Shown one piece after another: positions 24,310-34,890 of a stretch of DNA of 64,000 bases. The stretch lies in assembly GCA_040285855.1 (NCBI GenBank), contig JAUFOQ010000001.1:806001-870000 (forward strand), read 5' to 3'. The notes below the pieces were generated by a model. That model made no database searches and was not told the origin of the DNA. It was given only the letters and a program-made list of their open reading frames with translations. Positions within the stretch are counted from its first letter, which is position 1, and every line of letters begins with the position of its first letter. The position numbers were made by a program, and so were the translations under genes. Source of the stretch: Eukaryota sp. GEM-RC1. Its lineage: Eukaryota.

Positions 24310-24325
24310 ATAATTATTGTCCAAG

Positions 24326-27300
24326 ATGGTGAAGAAAAGGACTACTAACCCCCCAAAAGCGGGAAACAAAACTAATCGTAGAAACAAACCTTTGACTAGA
24401 TCTAAGTCTAGCTCCAAAGTGTCTTCCCGTCGAATGGAGCCATTGGTTCCTGAGACAGAAGAGTCAGTTGACTCGTCGGAATTTGAAAGTGACCCATCTG
24501 AGGATGGATGCCTGTCTGAGGACGGATGCCTATCTGAGGATAGAAGCCCCACTTCCCACAAGGAGGTGACGGAAATCTCACCTGAGGGTGGTGAATCTAC
24601 TTCTCGTAGAGTTGTAGATGTTCAACCTGAAGGTGGATGCCCATCTGAGGATGGAAGGACTTCGTCTTCCCGCAAGGATGGCGAAGTGGGTTTGGATACT
24701 CCCTCTGTAATTTCAGACCGTATCCCAAGCTTGTTAGAGAAGTATAGAGTAAGCGATGCTGACAGTAGCAGTACTCCGCATTCCGAGAGTCATGATGTTG
24801 TTGTAACAGCGTCTCCTCTCCCTATTCTTCCTCGTAGAAATAGTTTTAATAAAGAAAGCATTCCCGATGTTGTTCCAGTTCCTCAAAAGAGGTCAACTGA
24901 AGTGGTTGAAGAGATTCGCAAGTTACAGGAATCTCTCGCCAAAGAGCAGTCTAGAAGACTCGAAGCAGAACAGAAGCTTCTTGTTGAAAAGGAACTTCTA
25001 GCTCGTAAGATGAGTCTCTCTCCAGAAGATCGAGGCAACAAAGTCGAAGAGCTAGTTGGGTCTATTGAGGAACAGCACTTCCATAAGGATGCTATCCCAA
25101 ATAGACTCATACCCTGGCTAAGTCCACAAGACAACAGCGTTGGTATCTCTGATTACGACATGTGGCACTTGGCGAAGTTCGCTCCTTGGCATCCTGTCAT
25201 CCGCAACCGTATGCCTAAAAGACGGCACTATCTGTTGAGGAACGTTCCTCCAGGTATTTCCCCTCAAGTTATTGAACGCTTTCTGGGTGATTTGTATGAT
25301 GGAGATGCTGGGGATACGTATCGTTATCCCTCGGATTACTCATGGGATCCTCGTCATGGTATCTTGATTGAACCATTGGAACCTAGTTTCGATGCCAATG
25401 GTAGATACGTTACGTATGCTTACTCAGCGTGGTATTGTCAAAGCTTGAGCAATCAAGTCAAGGCGTATCACAACGTTGCTGTTAGTTCTAGACACCTTCC
25501 CGTTGGTCATAGATATGAAAACCTTCCACAGTCAACCTTTGAAGCATCAAACACGACCTTAGCTGTTCCTGATGAAGGTTCTGTGGTTGTCCAACAGTTT
25601 AGTGGCATTGGCGGATCTCAAAAGGTCCTTCCTGTTGCTCATGGTGCTTTACGAGAAGTTGGTACACTTCTTCCCAAGCCTGAAGAGCTACGTCAAACTG
25701 CTCGCCTTTCTGCTCACGTTCCTGGTGAACCTTTCCGTCCAGAATCTGTTGACCGCTTCACTGATGGTTCACGTGATATTCTCTCAACTAGAAAGTTTGA
25801 TGGAGAATTTGGAGACGTTGATCGGTTTGTTGCCAGTGAAGAACATGAAAACGTTTACCGTGTGACCGAGAACTTCACTCGTGATTTGAACCAAGAATCA
25901 ACAGTCATGTCGAAAAAAAAACTCGAAGAACCGAAAATTCGACATAGAAACGAGTTGATTGCTGAAGCCAACAAAACCAAAGCAGAAAGAGATAGACAAT
26001 CAAACAAGTTTCCTGATTTGTCTCCATCGATTGAAAATCATATCGATCTTAGTCAATCCTCTGAAGATGAACCTCCTGACAATGTCCTTCATGATTCTGT
26101 TATTCTCTCATCTGGTGTGACTCCTCCCAAGAAGATCAAGAAGAAAAAAGACAGAGAGCCGTTCTTGAAAAACGACACTCGTTATGAGGTTGTGAAGTTT
26201 ATTCATGACTTCTTTCATTGGGCCATTCATGTCAGAAAACAAACTGAACGTTTCGATTATGACCTCTGGATTGGTACTCCTTTGAACAAATTCGACCTTG
26301 CTAGGACAGCATTGTGTGAAATTGATCCAGCTGGCATTAGTCATTTCATAGATCAAACGACTTTGAATGATTGGAAAATGTTAGATCTGATTGGTAATAA
26401 CAACAGTAGTCAGGTACTTGAACAAAACATCTGGCGTTTATTGATTAACAAGAGTCAATACTCATCAACTACAACAGCCATTGATGCAATTAAAGAAATA
26501 AGATTGGGTAGCTCCAAAGACCCTGCTGAGTGCTTTGACCGATACCTCCGTGGCGTAATTAGCGTTCTCAAATGTTCCATGGCGATAATAGCTACGTCGA
26601 GTGATGAAACTATCCGAACAAAGGTCCCTGCTTCCACAGTAGCCGAGTTGATGTTAGAAACACTGAATCCTGACAAAGGAATTATTGCTTTGAATGAACT
26701 TGTTCTTAGATGGGATCATCGTCTCAAAACTGAGGATGATAAGCTACCTCAATTCTTCCAAGAAGTTAGATCGATCTGGACTACCTACAAGCGTTCCACA
26801 GCTGTGAAGTCCTTATCCACTCCTTCCAGTCGTTTACCTTCTAGAAATAGAAGAAATCGACCAAATACCGCAAACAAGCCCCATTCTCAATCTTCTCATG
26901 GTACACCTGGAGATGTTAAGTCTACGGTTAAATGTTTTAACTGTGGAAAAATGGGCCATTACTCCACTGATTGTAGATCAAAACCTCAATCTGACAGTGA
27001 TAAGAAGTCCAACAAACGTAGATCAGGTGACAGTCGTAGTCAATCTTTTAGTCGTCGTTTTAGTTCCAATAAACAACAGAATAACTATACTTTCAGACTT
27101 GCAACAAATAACACATCTAGAGATAATCACACTACACCTCATAAGTACATGAACCCATTGGCTGCTTTGAACACACATTCAAGCAAGGGTAGAAGTACAT
27201 CATCTGTTGAAACAATTCGTAGTCTCAACCAGAACCTAGGGTTCGATTCTAAAGGTAAGGGTCCTTTATGTATTCGATTGTTAATCAACAATGTACCAGT

Positions 27301-30300
27301 AGTAGGAGAATTTGACTCAGCAGCATCATGTTCAGTCATTTCTCAAGATTTGATACGCTACTGTGAGATGACAACTACTGATAGTTGTATTGAATACATC
27401 TCAGCGAATAATATTCGTGCTACTGCCTTAGGTAGTGCAATAGGTGTTCTGACGTTCAACGTTGGCAGCTTGGCCAACCAGATTCATGTTAAGCATACTC
27501 TACCAGTAGTTCCAGGAACAAAAATTCTCCTCATTGGTAGAGATTTGCAAGAAGAACTGGGGTTGCTTTCGGATGATGGTCTAGTCATTAGATTAGATAA
27601 AGAACATAGCACTATTCTCAATGCAGAGAGTGAATTTGATGAGAGAATGAGGTCTCCATCAATTTCGATTAATAGAGTTCAATCAAAATGTTCAATAAAA
27701 CCAAATTCAACACATTTTACTATTGATCAGTACGGTAACACTCAATTAGATATAGATCTGTTTGAAGAAACCATTGACAACTCTGGTTGCACGATAGAAT
27801 TGGATGATTCTACAAGAAGAACGGAGCTTCTGAGCCTACTCAGTAAATACAAACAAGTCTTTTCAGAAGATATACATCCTGATGGTATTGATTGTCCACC
27901 CATGACAATTCCATTCTATGATGAAAGTGTCACTGTATTTCGTCCTCCTAGAAGGCTTAACCCTGAAAAACAGCGTATAGCCGAAGAAATTTTTAATGAA
28001 CTTATACGACAAGGATGGGCCGTACCATCAACTGGTAAGTTCAGCAGTCCCATAGTCTTGGTGGTTTATAATGATCACCGTAAGCCTCGTTTAACTGGAG
28101 ATTTCAGTGGACTTGATGGGATTAATGCTAATACCAGACCGGTGAAACCAAATTTACCACGGATCTGTGATGTTCTAGAGTTTCTTTCGAAAGCTAATTT
28201 CATTGGAACACTTGACCTTCCTAAAGCATTCTGGCAGCTAAATGTAGCTGAAGAAGATGTCGAGAAGACCAGTGTGTCTATACCTGGAATGTCTATTAGC
28301 TTTAAACGAGCATGTTTTGGATTGAAAAACGTACCAGCAATTTTTCAAAACATCATGATGGAAATTTTCAATGTCGAAGGTGTTTTCATTTATATTGATG
28401 ATATAATTGTTGTAGGCAATACCTTTGAAGAGTTTATTTCAAGAATAAATCTAGTACTGGAACGAGCAGAACGTTTTAGAGTACGGATTGGATTGAAGAA
28501 GTGTAGGTTCACCACTTCTAGACATCCTAATAAGATTCTGGGCAGCAACTTTTGTAATAAAACCCGTTGCATAGATGATAAAAGAGTTTCGGCGTTGATT
28601 GAGTTACCTGCTCCTTCAACTTTACCTGAAGTTAGAAGTTTACTTGGTGCTTTGAATTATGTTCGTGAATGGATTCCGAATTATTCGAACTTGACTGCAT
28701 CAATCAATAAACTGACTCGTGGTAAACCCAAGAAAATTGTTTGGACAAAAGACCATGATGCTCTATTAACTCAACTAAAGTCTGAGATTATAAACCATAT
28801 GGCTTTAGACTTACCTGATACTGATAAGAACATTATCATATCCACAGATGCATCCGACATTGCTGTTGGTGGTGTGATCTGGCAGGAAGAAAATCCTCCA
28901 GCTCCTCCAGGAACTCCGTTAGAAGAACGTAGAGTTAGACCTGTATCGTTTTATAGCCGTTTACTCAATGATAGTCAACAGAATTGGGCAGCTATCCAGA
29001 AAGAGCTGTATGCCATTCTTTTGATTCTGACAGAATCTAGTTTAGAAGGTTTTCTGTTAAGTAGGCACTTGACGATCTTTACTGATCATAGGAACCTTGC
29101 TTATCTTATATCTGCTCCAGAAAAGAATCGTATTGTCAAACGATGGATTCCAATTTTCTCAGAGTTCGATTTTGAGATAGTACATGTAGCTGGTACAAAC
29201 AATCAATGGGCTGACATGTTGTCACGTGTTATTGACCGACGCCCAGTTGAAACAATCAAATCTTTAACGATCTCAAATCTTTCCATCAAAAAAGATTTAA
29301 CCCTTTCTCATGAAGGCTTACTTTATGATGATGCAGACTATGTTGAGATGCTTCCACGTGACTCCAACGTATTAGCTATCAAGTGTCTTCGTAATCTCTC
29401 AACAGACAACAAACTTCCTTTATTTGACTCTTGGTTATCCACCATTAGGTCAGAACAATCTAAAGCGATAGAACAAGGAGATCAACTGTTTAATGGTTCA
29501 ACTTTGTGTACAATGAGTAATGTATACATGAACTCAAAGAACAAGATTTTGATTCCATCTAGCTTAATAAAGAAAGTTCTTTACATGCTACATGGCTTAA
29601 TCCAGTCAGGACACCCAAACAAGAAACGAAGTTTGGAAATGTTGTTCAATAGTGGTTACTTTTGGCCAAGTATGAAAGCTGACATAATAAAACATGTTCA
29701 GCAATGCCCTGCGTGTCAGAAAACGGCACCTATCCCTAAAAAGATAATTGAATCGACGGGTTCTCTATGGGCTGATAGACCTTTTGCTAGACTTAATGTC
29801 GACACAATCGGTCCACTTCCAAAAGATCAAAATGGAAACCAATTCCTATTGGTGTTTGTAGATTCTTTCACCAGATACACCATTTTGAGCCCCCTCGAAG
29901 AACTTAACAGTAGAGAAGTAGCATATCGTCTTGTGTGGGATGTGATTGCTATCTTTGGAATACCGTTTTGTATCCATAGTGATAATGGTACGGAGTTTGC
30001 CAATGCTATTTTCGAGGCAATATGTAACCTACTGGCGATTGAAGTAAGTCGTTCGATTCCTCATTTCTCCCAGAGTAATGGACTGGTGGAACGACGTCAC
30101 AGAGACGTTCTGCAAAGCCTACGTCGTCTCCTTGTGGACTTCAATGATTATGACAATTGGTCAACGTACATTCCAACTGTACAGTTGCAGATCAACGCAA
30201 CAAAGAGTTCAATAACTGGGCATACTCCTTACGAACTGATGTTTGGTAGTGACATAAGTCCTGGTGCAGATCCTAGTGGTTTACTAGATGCTGTTGAGAA

Positions 30301-30790
30301 ATCAACAAAGAATGTTTCGTTTATTGACGACATTAAAATGAAACTAGAACGTTTAACGAAAAAAAGAGAAGAGGCAGAGGATCGTCAATCAGTACTCAAG
30401 CCTAAGAAGAAGTTTAACACTAGTCAATCATTTAAGATTGGAGATCTTGTGTTAAAGGTCGCCAAAACTAGTAAGCTCCATGGAAACTACACTGGACCTT
30501 TTCTAGTTGTCTCAGTTGATTCAAAATCTTCTGTTTCATTAAAGAATCTGATCACTGGATATGTTAGTAAGACTAGCATTCATCAATGTAAGATCTTTCA
30601 ATCAGATCTGCCTGCTGATCATGATCTCCACAGAGCAATTGCTTCTGGGGATTCTGAAGAACACATCGTGGTTAAGATCCTAGATAGGTTTGATACACCC
30701 GATGGTGAATTCTGCACTGTACTTTGGTTTGGTGGTGATACTTCGTCAGTTCCCATCAAGGACATCAAGAACACCAAATTCATTTCATAG
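24326..30790 (+). CDS. Single-ORF Gag-Pol polyprotein (CCHC knuckle, protease, RT, RNase H, integrase, chromodomain-like)
   Basis: CFNCGKMGHYSTDC; FDSAA; LDLPKAFWQ and YIDD; TDASD..QKELYAI..FTDH; H..H..CPAC; NVDTIGP, HSDNGTEF, GLVERRH; YTGPF; HIVVKILDR..CTVLWFG. First ATG at 24326. An in-frame tail continues 30791-31030 after a TAG. Confidence 0.95.
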   Translation: MVKKRTTNPPKAGNKTNRRNKPLTRSKSSSKVSSRRMEPLVPETEESVDSSEFESDPSEDGCLSEDGCLSEDRSPTSHKEVTEISPEGGESTSRRVVDVQPEGGCPSEDGRTSSSRKDGEVGLDTPSVISDRIPSLLEKYRVSDADSSSTPHSESHDVVVTASPLPILPRRNSFNKESIPDVVPVPQKRSTEVVEEIRKLQESLAKEQSRRLEAEQKLLVEKELLARKMSLSPEDRGNKVEELVGSIEEQHFHKDAIPNRLIPWLSPQDNSVGISDYDMWHLAKFAPWHPVIRNRMPKRRHYLLRNVPPGISPQVIERFLGDLYDGDAGDTYRYPSDYSWDPRHGILIEPLEPSFDANGRYVTYAYSAWYCQSLSNQVKAYHNVAVSSRHLPVGHRYENLPQSTFEASNTTLAVPDEGSVVVQQFSGIGGSQKVLPVAHGALREVGTLLPKPEELRQTARLSAHVPGEPFRPESVDRFTDGSRDILSTRKFDGEFGDVDRFVASEEHENVYRVTENFTRDLNQESTVMSKKKLEEPKIRHRNELIAEANKTKAERDRQSNKFPDLSPSIENHIDLSQSSEDEPPDNVLHDSVILSSGVTPPKKIKKKKDREPFLKNDTRYEVVKFIHDFFHWAIHVRKQTERFDYDLWIGTPLNKFDLARTALCEIDPAGISHFIDQTTLNDWKMLDLIGNNNSSQVLEQNIWRLLINKSQYSSTTTAIDAIKEIRLGSSKDPAECFDRYLRGVISVLKCSMAIIATSSDETIRTKVPASTVAELMLETLNPDKGIIALNELVLRWDHRLKTEDDKLPQFFQEVRSIWTTYKRSTAVKSLSTPSSRLPSRNRRNRPNTANKPHSQSSHGTPGDVKSTVKCFNCGKMGHYSTDCRSKPQSDSDKKSNKRRSGDSRSQSFSRRFSSNKQQNNYTFRLATNNTSRDNHTTPHKYMNPLAALNTHSSKGRSTSSVETIRSLNQNLGFDSKGKGPLCIRLLINNVPVVGEFDSAASCSVISQDLIRYCEMTTTDSCIEYISANNIRATALGSAIGVLTFNVGSLANQIHVKHTLPVVPGTKILLIGRDLQEELGLLSDDGLVIRLDKEHSTILNAESEFDERMRSPSISINRVQSKCSIKPNSTHFTIDQYGNTQLDIDLFEETIDNSGCTIELDDSTRRTELLSLLSKYKQVFSEDIHPDGIDCPPMTIPFYDESVTVFRPPRRLNPEKQRIAEEIFNELIRQGWAVPSTGKFSSPIVLVVYNDHRKPRLTGDFSGLDGINANTRPVKPNLPRICDVLEFLSKANFIGTLDLPKAFWQLNVAEEDVEKTSVSIPGMSISFKRACFGLKNVPAIFQNIMMEIFNVEGVFIYIDDIIVVGNTFEEFISRINLVLERAERFRVRIGLKKCRFTTSRHPNKILGSNFCNKTRCIDDKRVSALIELPAPSTLPEVRSLLGALNYVREWIPNYSNLTASINKLTRGKPKKIVWTKDHDALLTQLKSEIINHMALDLPDTDKNIIISTDASDIAVGGVIWQEENPPAPPGTPLEERRVRPVSFYSRLLNDSQQNWAAIQKELYAILLILTESSLEGFLLSRHLTIFTDHRNLAYLISAPEKNRIVKRWIPIFSEFDFEIVHVAGTNNQWADMLSRVIDRRPVETIKSLTISNLSIKKDLTLSHEGLLYDDADYVEMLPRDSNVLAIKCLRNLSTDNKLPLFDSWLSTIRSEQSKAIEQGDQLFNGSTLCTMSNVYMNSKNKILIPSSLIKKVLYMLHGLIQSGHPNKKRSLEMLFNSGYFWPSMKADIIKHVQQCPACQKTAPIPKKIIESTGSLWADRPFARLNVDTIGPLPKDQNGNQFLLVFVDSFTRYTILSPLEELNSREVAYRLVWDVIAIFGIPFCIHSDNGTEFANAIFEAICNLLAIEVSRSIPHFSQSNGLVERRHRDVLQSLRRLLVDFNDYDNWSTYIPTVQLQINATKSSITGHTPYELMFGSDISPGADPSGLLDAVEKSTKNVSFIDDIKMKLERLTKKREEAEDRQSVLKPKKKFNTSQSFKIGDLVLKVAKTSKLHGNYTGPFLVVSVDSKSSVSLKNLITGYVSKTSIHQCKIFQSDLPADHDLHRAIASGDSEEHIVVKILDRFDTPDGEFCTVLWFGGDTSSVPIKDIKNTKFIS

Positions 30791-31030
30791 TTTGTAGGAA
30801 GGTTACCTTATTGGGTGCCGAATAAACATCTTTTCAAGAACACCAAAGCGTATAGTGACTTTGTAAAATTAGACAATTTAGATTTATTTCGTCACAATAG
30901 AAACAGGTCTAGTAATAACAACACTAAGCTTAAACGTACCTCCGGTAGTAAGAGTACTCCTAAGACGTCTTCCAAAGTTAAGACACCTGTAGCAAAGAGA
31001 ACTAGGAGCTCGAAAGAAGAGAAGAGGTAA

Positions 31031-31121
31031 TGTTAGCCACAGGTGTTAGTGAAGTGTTACAAGATCATATTATTTTATTTATAAACATCTTTTCCCTACC
31101 CTTTGTAGCCAAACGGTATCA
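31031..31121 (+). repeat. 3' LTR (91 bp)
   Basis: Identical to the 5' LTR, preceded by a polypurine tract and followed by the GAGG TSD. Confidence 0.95.
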
Positions 31122-31937
31122 GAGGTCTTCCATATCCATGAACTTCAACTCTTGATCATCCCTTCGATAAGTGACGCCTCGTACCTCCAATTGATATCCA
31201 TCATCCGTTCTCTTGGTCTCGTTGTATCCTTACTTGAATTACCACTCGTTCTTTACTTGTCATTCTTCTTTCCTTTGTCTCTTCACGTCTCTCATAGCCG
31301 TTGCAACCTTTACTTTTGCTATTGGAATTGATGCTGTACTCAATGGGTGTGTTCGCCTTCAATCTCACCTTTCTTGATTTCTCTCGTTCACCTTATCCGA
31401 TCGAATCTTCTCGTACAATCTTTGGTTTGTCAACATCTCTCTCATTTCCCTACATTTGACACATCTGGTCTTCTTTCGGTTTATCTGGTAAGTTCAGACT
31501 TTCTATTTCTCGTTAATCATGATGATATGTAAATCTTAAGTCTTTTTTTTTCGTTTTAACCACGATAATGAAAGTAAGTTTTGTTATCTAATTTGGAATA
31601 GTCATTCTCATTAGTATTATTTATTTTTAATAGATAACCCCTAAATGTACCACTAAATGTACCACACTTTGGTTGCATATTGGTGGTAAAAACAATTCTC
31701 ACCAGCCAACTCTTTCAGTAACCCAAATTTCCTTGGATATTCATCAATGGGACTCACTTTTGAGATGCTATTACGGGGAGTTGACCTAAAACAACTCAGT
31801 CGACGTCCATCCGAAGACAAAAAGTCCAGAGCCATCTACACTCACCTTTATTTTAAGTGAAAGCCAAAATGGATATGTATTTCATATTAAAGAGGGTCAT
31901 TTTTGCAGACTCGACTTTGTTGACTTTGTTAAAGATC

Positions 31938-32444
31938 TCATCTGCTCGGGATTGTGCTATACAACAGGAGGACCACGGTCTGTTTGGGTTTTAGACGGCT
32001 GTAAAATCTATATTTCTCAAGATCTAGAGCAGATTTCCAAGCAGTGTCGTTGGCTGCCACGTTAGGATTCGCTTCTTTCAGATCCTCAACAGTCACATTT
32101 CTAGCTACGACGTCAGCTTGCAGTTCCTTAAATGAGTTGTAACGAGCTCTGTCTAAAAAAAGATTGACTTTCACTACAAAAGCAATTCCATGGTCTTCAA
32201 CATTGTTCACCCACTTCTTGATGGTATCATTCATCACTGTACGATACGTACCTGAGGTTAAAAATTTAAAAAGAACCTCCAAGTCAGCTTCGGGATGGAG
32301 AAGTTGTTGTTGTTTTTTCGCTTCAGCATCGTACATTGACACACAAAAGCGAACCAGGTCGGTGACGCGTATATCAGAAGAAGCATAATAGTACAAGGAT
32401 TTTGAAGCATTCAAGAAGGGTTTTCCTGTCTTATATAGATACAA
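31938..32444 (-). CDS. Orphan ORF (168 aa), probably a fragment
   Basis: Open frame with protein-like composition. No recognised motif and no ATG at its 5' end. Confidence 0.4.
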   Translation of the reverse strand: MYLYKTGKPFLNASKSLYYYASSDIRVTDLVRFCVSMYDAEAKKQQQLLHPEADLEVLFKFLTSGTYRTVMNDTIKKWVNNVEDHGIAFVVKVNLFLDRARYNSFKELQADVVARNVTVEDLKEANPNVAANDTAWKSALDLEKYRFYSRLKPKQTVVLLLYSTIPSR

Positions 32445-34890
32445 GATTGTATCAATCAGGAGTTAAGGGGATGTTTTGTTGTTCTAATTCTGACGGACGA
32501 AGTGTATGATATAACAATTCTGAGGGAATGGTGTCCAAGGAATTTTATGCGATAAAAGTGAAAACCACTGCAGATTGTCCTAAATATACCATAAATATCT
32601 GTTTTGTCCTTGAGTTTTCCCTAGTTGTACCAGATTTTTAATCTTCAAATTTGGGAACCTTCTTCAACACCTGTTGTAGAAATTGTCTAGTATCTTCGCT
32701 GATAATCAAGTTAACTTTTACATCTTTCACCACCATTATTTCATATTCACTGGAAATATTTGTCAGTAGAAGTTTCATTTGAAGCAAACGTCCAAAAGAT
32801 TTCCAGTGGAGATCTTGAGGTACTTTTTAATACGCTATCCAGAGACTCGACTCTTGAAGACGCCACCTATCCTGTATTGAAATTGGTCTTCGCTGTGAGA
32901 TCGGGATGTTGCTCTGCAGAGGCTTTTACAGAGCTTGAGGTGGTACTACGGTAGCTTCCTGACTTTTCACACCCAAGAACATAGGAATCGGTGTAGGATT
33001 TGAGAACTATTAAACCAAACTTCAAAGCAAAAGATTTCAAAGATTACATCCATTACTTCTTTACAAGAAGCAGCAACAAGACCGACAAAGGAGGCAGGTC
33101 AACAACCAGGTTGTCAACGGGAGCAACATCAACATGAGTCACAGAAGAAGGAGACGGCATCTGAACACCAGAAACAGGAGGGGATGGTGATGAATTTGGC
33201 ATTACAGAAAAGGGCAATAGCTACAGTAGTTTTGGTACGATTAGGTTCACTAGTACAACTAGGCGGTGGTTCAATTAGGGAAAACAATACATTTCTGGTT
33301 TATCTATTAATATTAAACAATTTCTGAACGTTGTACTTTGTGTTCATTGCGGGTGGATACGTTACCTATTTTGAACTTCCCAAATTGATCAATCGGTCTC
33401 TATAAGTTCATTTATTCTTTTTTAAACAAATTCTCCCATGATCTCTGGAAAACTAAACGGCATTTTGGAACCGAATGTCAGAATAAAAAATGAGTAAATA
33501 GTCTGACACAGCTAATAGGCACTGAAAATCAAGAAGCGAAGATTTATAACAAATAGAATTTTAATAGCGTTATGTGCCATACGGCCATACGCGTATGACA
33601 TTTTCTGCCATAAAGAGGATCAATTTTCTGTGATATGTCCATATTCATAAGTTACATCTAAATCCATAAAAATGTAATCCAATCGTCAGATATCATTCAA
33701 TAAAAGTTTTTAGTACAGTAGCTAAGATCTGGAGGTGTTCTAATTTGTTTAGAGCAAGACAATTGATCATGAAAGAAATTAAATTGATGACTTCGAATGA
33801 GACACCGTGTTCGCTGTAGTTATATAATATTGTCTAAATATTTGTCTGTAACCTCATTAGTGTCTTCTTGTACCAAAGTTCCTAGATTTTCGATGGTTTA
33901 GTTTACATGCCCGTTATGAAGTTCTGTGGTAATCGTTGGAGCCTCAGTTTCATGGAACAACGTTACATCAGGTATTTGTCGTCCAAAAAAGGGCAAGAAA
34001 ACCGGTTAAAGCAAAAATGAAAAGACGAGTCTAGTAAGAACAAATCCAGGCCAAGGAAGACAAAAAAGAAGATGAAATATTTAATATAATACTTATAATA
34101 ACAGATTTAGAACTGCTCTGAAGGGAAGACAATATGATGGGTCTAACAAACAACGACACGTAGCTGTTACCTGAACCTACTGCTCAAGAGGATTTTGGTG
34201 ACAACACCAGTGATGAGGATGATGTGTTTGAAAGCAATTCCGTTCTTGATGAACTTGTAAGTATAACAATGATGTTTGAAATGATGTTTATGATCCAAGT
34301 ATCATCAAAGTAGAAGTAGATGAAATGAAACTTTCGATCAACTACGTTATATCTACGTAAGGTACTGACAAATTATAAAACAAGTGGGACAATTGAAGTA
34401 TTGGGTAAAAATCAGTTAACAAGTGGAATGATGATTCTTCTTCATCTAAACGATGTCTGTAAAATCATTAAACTATTAATGTCACTCAAGTAAATTTGAA
34501 GCAAACTACACAGCACCATTGATCCATAAGGTTTGTTGATTGTTGATGAAGAAGGTGACACAAATACAAGCTAGTATAACTTCATTTATAGTTCAAGAGC
34601 AAAATTCAGACAGATTGTATGTATATGTTAAACTTCAGACAGATTGTATGTATATGTTATGTTTTATGTTTGAAAGGGCATCAAAGAGATTATCAACAAT
34701 CAAATATCTTGAGTTGTTCTGTTGTCAGCTGATGACAAGGTAGTTTTGTAAAGAATTGGGCGATATAGCACCAACTTGTTACCGCTGTAATATTATTTTC
34801 AAGTTCACAAGACATCAGTTACCACACTTCCGTTTTCAACACTTTGAAAAAAGAAACACATTGGTTTATATAGCACTGTATTAAAACATA

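Larger units (their letters stand above)
24219..31121 (+). mobile_element. Near-intact Ty3/gypsy LTR retrotransposon (chromodomain-bearing), 6903 bp
   Basis: Identical 91-bp TG..CA LTRs, TSD GAGG (24215-24218 and 31122-31125), PPT GAAAGAAGAGAAGAGG before the 3' LTR, and PR-RT-RH-IN order. Confidence 0.96.
23671..31590. repeat. Dispersed ~1-kb non-coding repeat with terminal inverted motifs, split by the LTR element
   Basis: Left ATAACGAAATTTGCTTTCATTATCATGTG (23691) and right CACGATAATGAAAGTAAGTTTTGTTAT (31561-31587). The joined flanks align with the uninterrupted copy at ~44700-45635. Confidence 0.75.

Noticed and set aside
31114..31125. CGGTATCAGAGG resembles the tRNA-iMet PBS TGGTATCAGAGC
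   Set aside because: It is formed by the 3' LTR end plus the GAGG TSD. The 5' copy continues differently (ATAATT) and lacks TGG.
32500..33200. Minus-strand FAR1/MULE N-terminal-like peptide (KSFALKFG..LGCEKSGSYR)
   Set aside because: Too degenerate; no DDE motifs or TIRs were found to support it.
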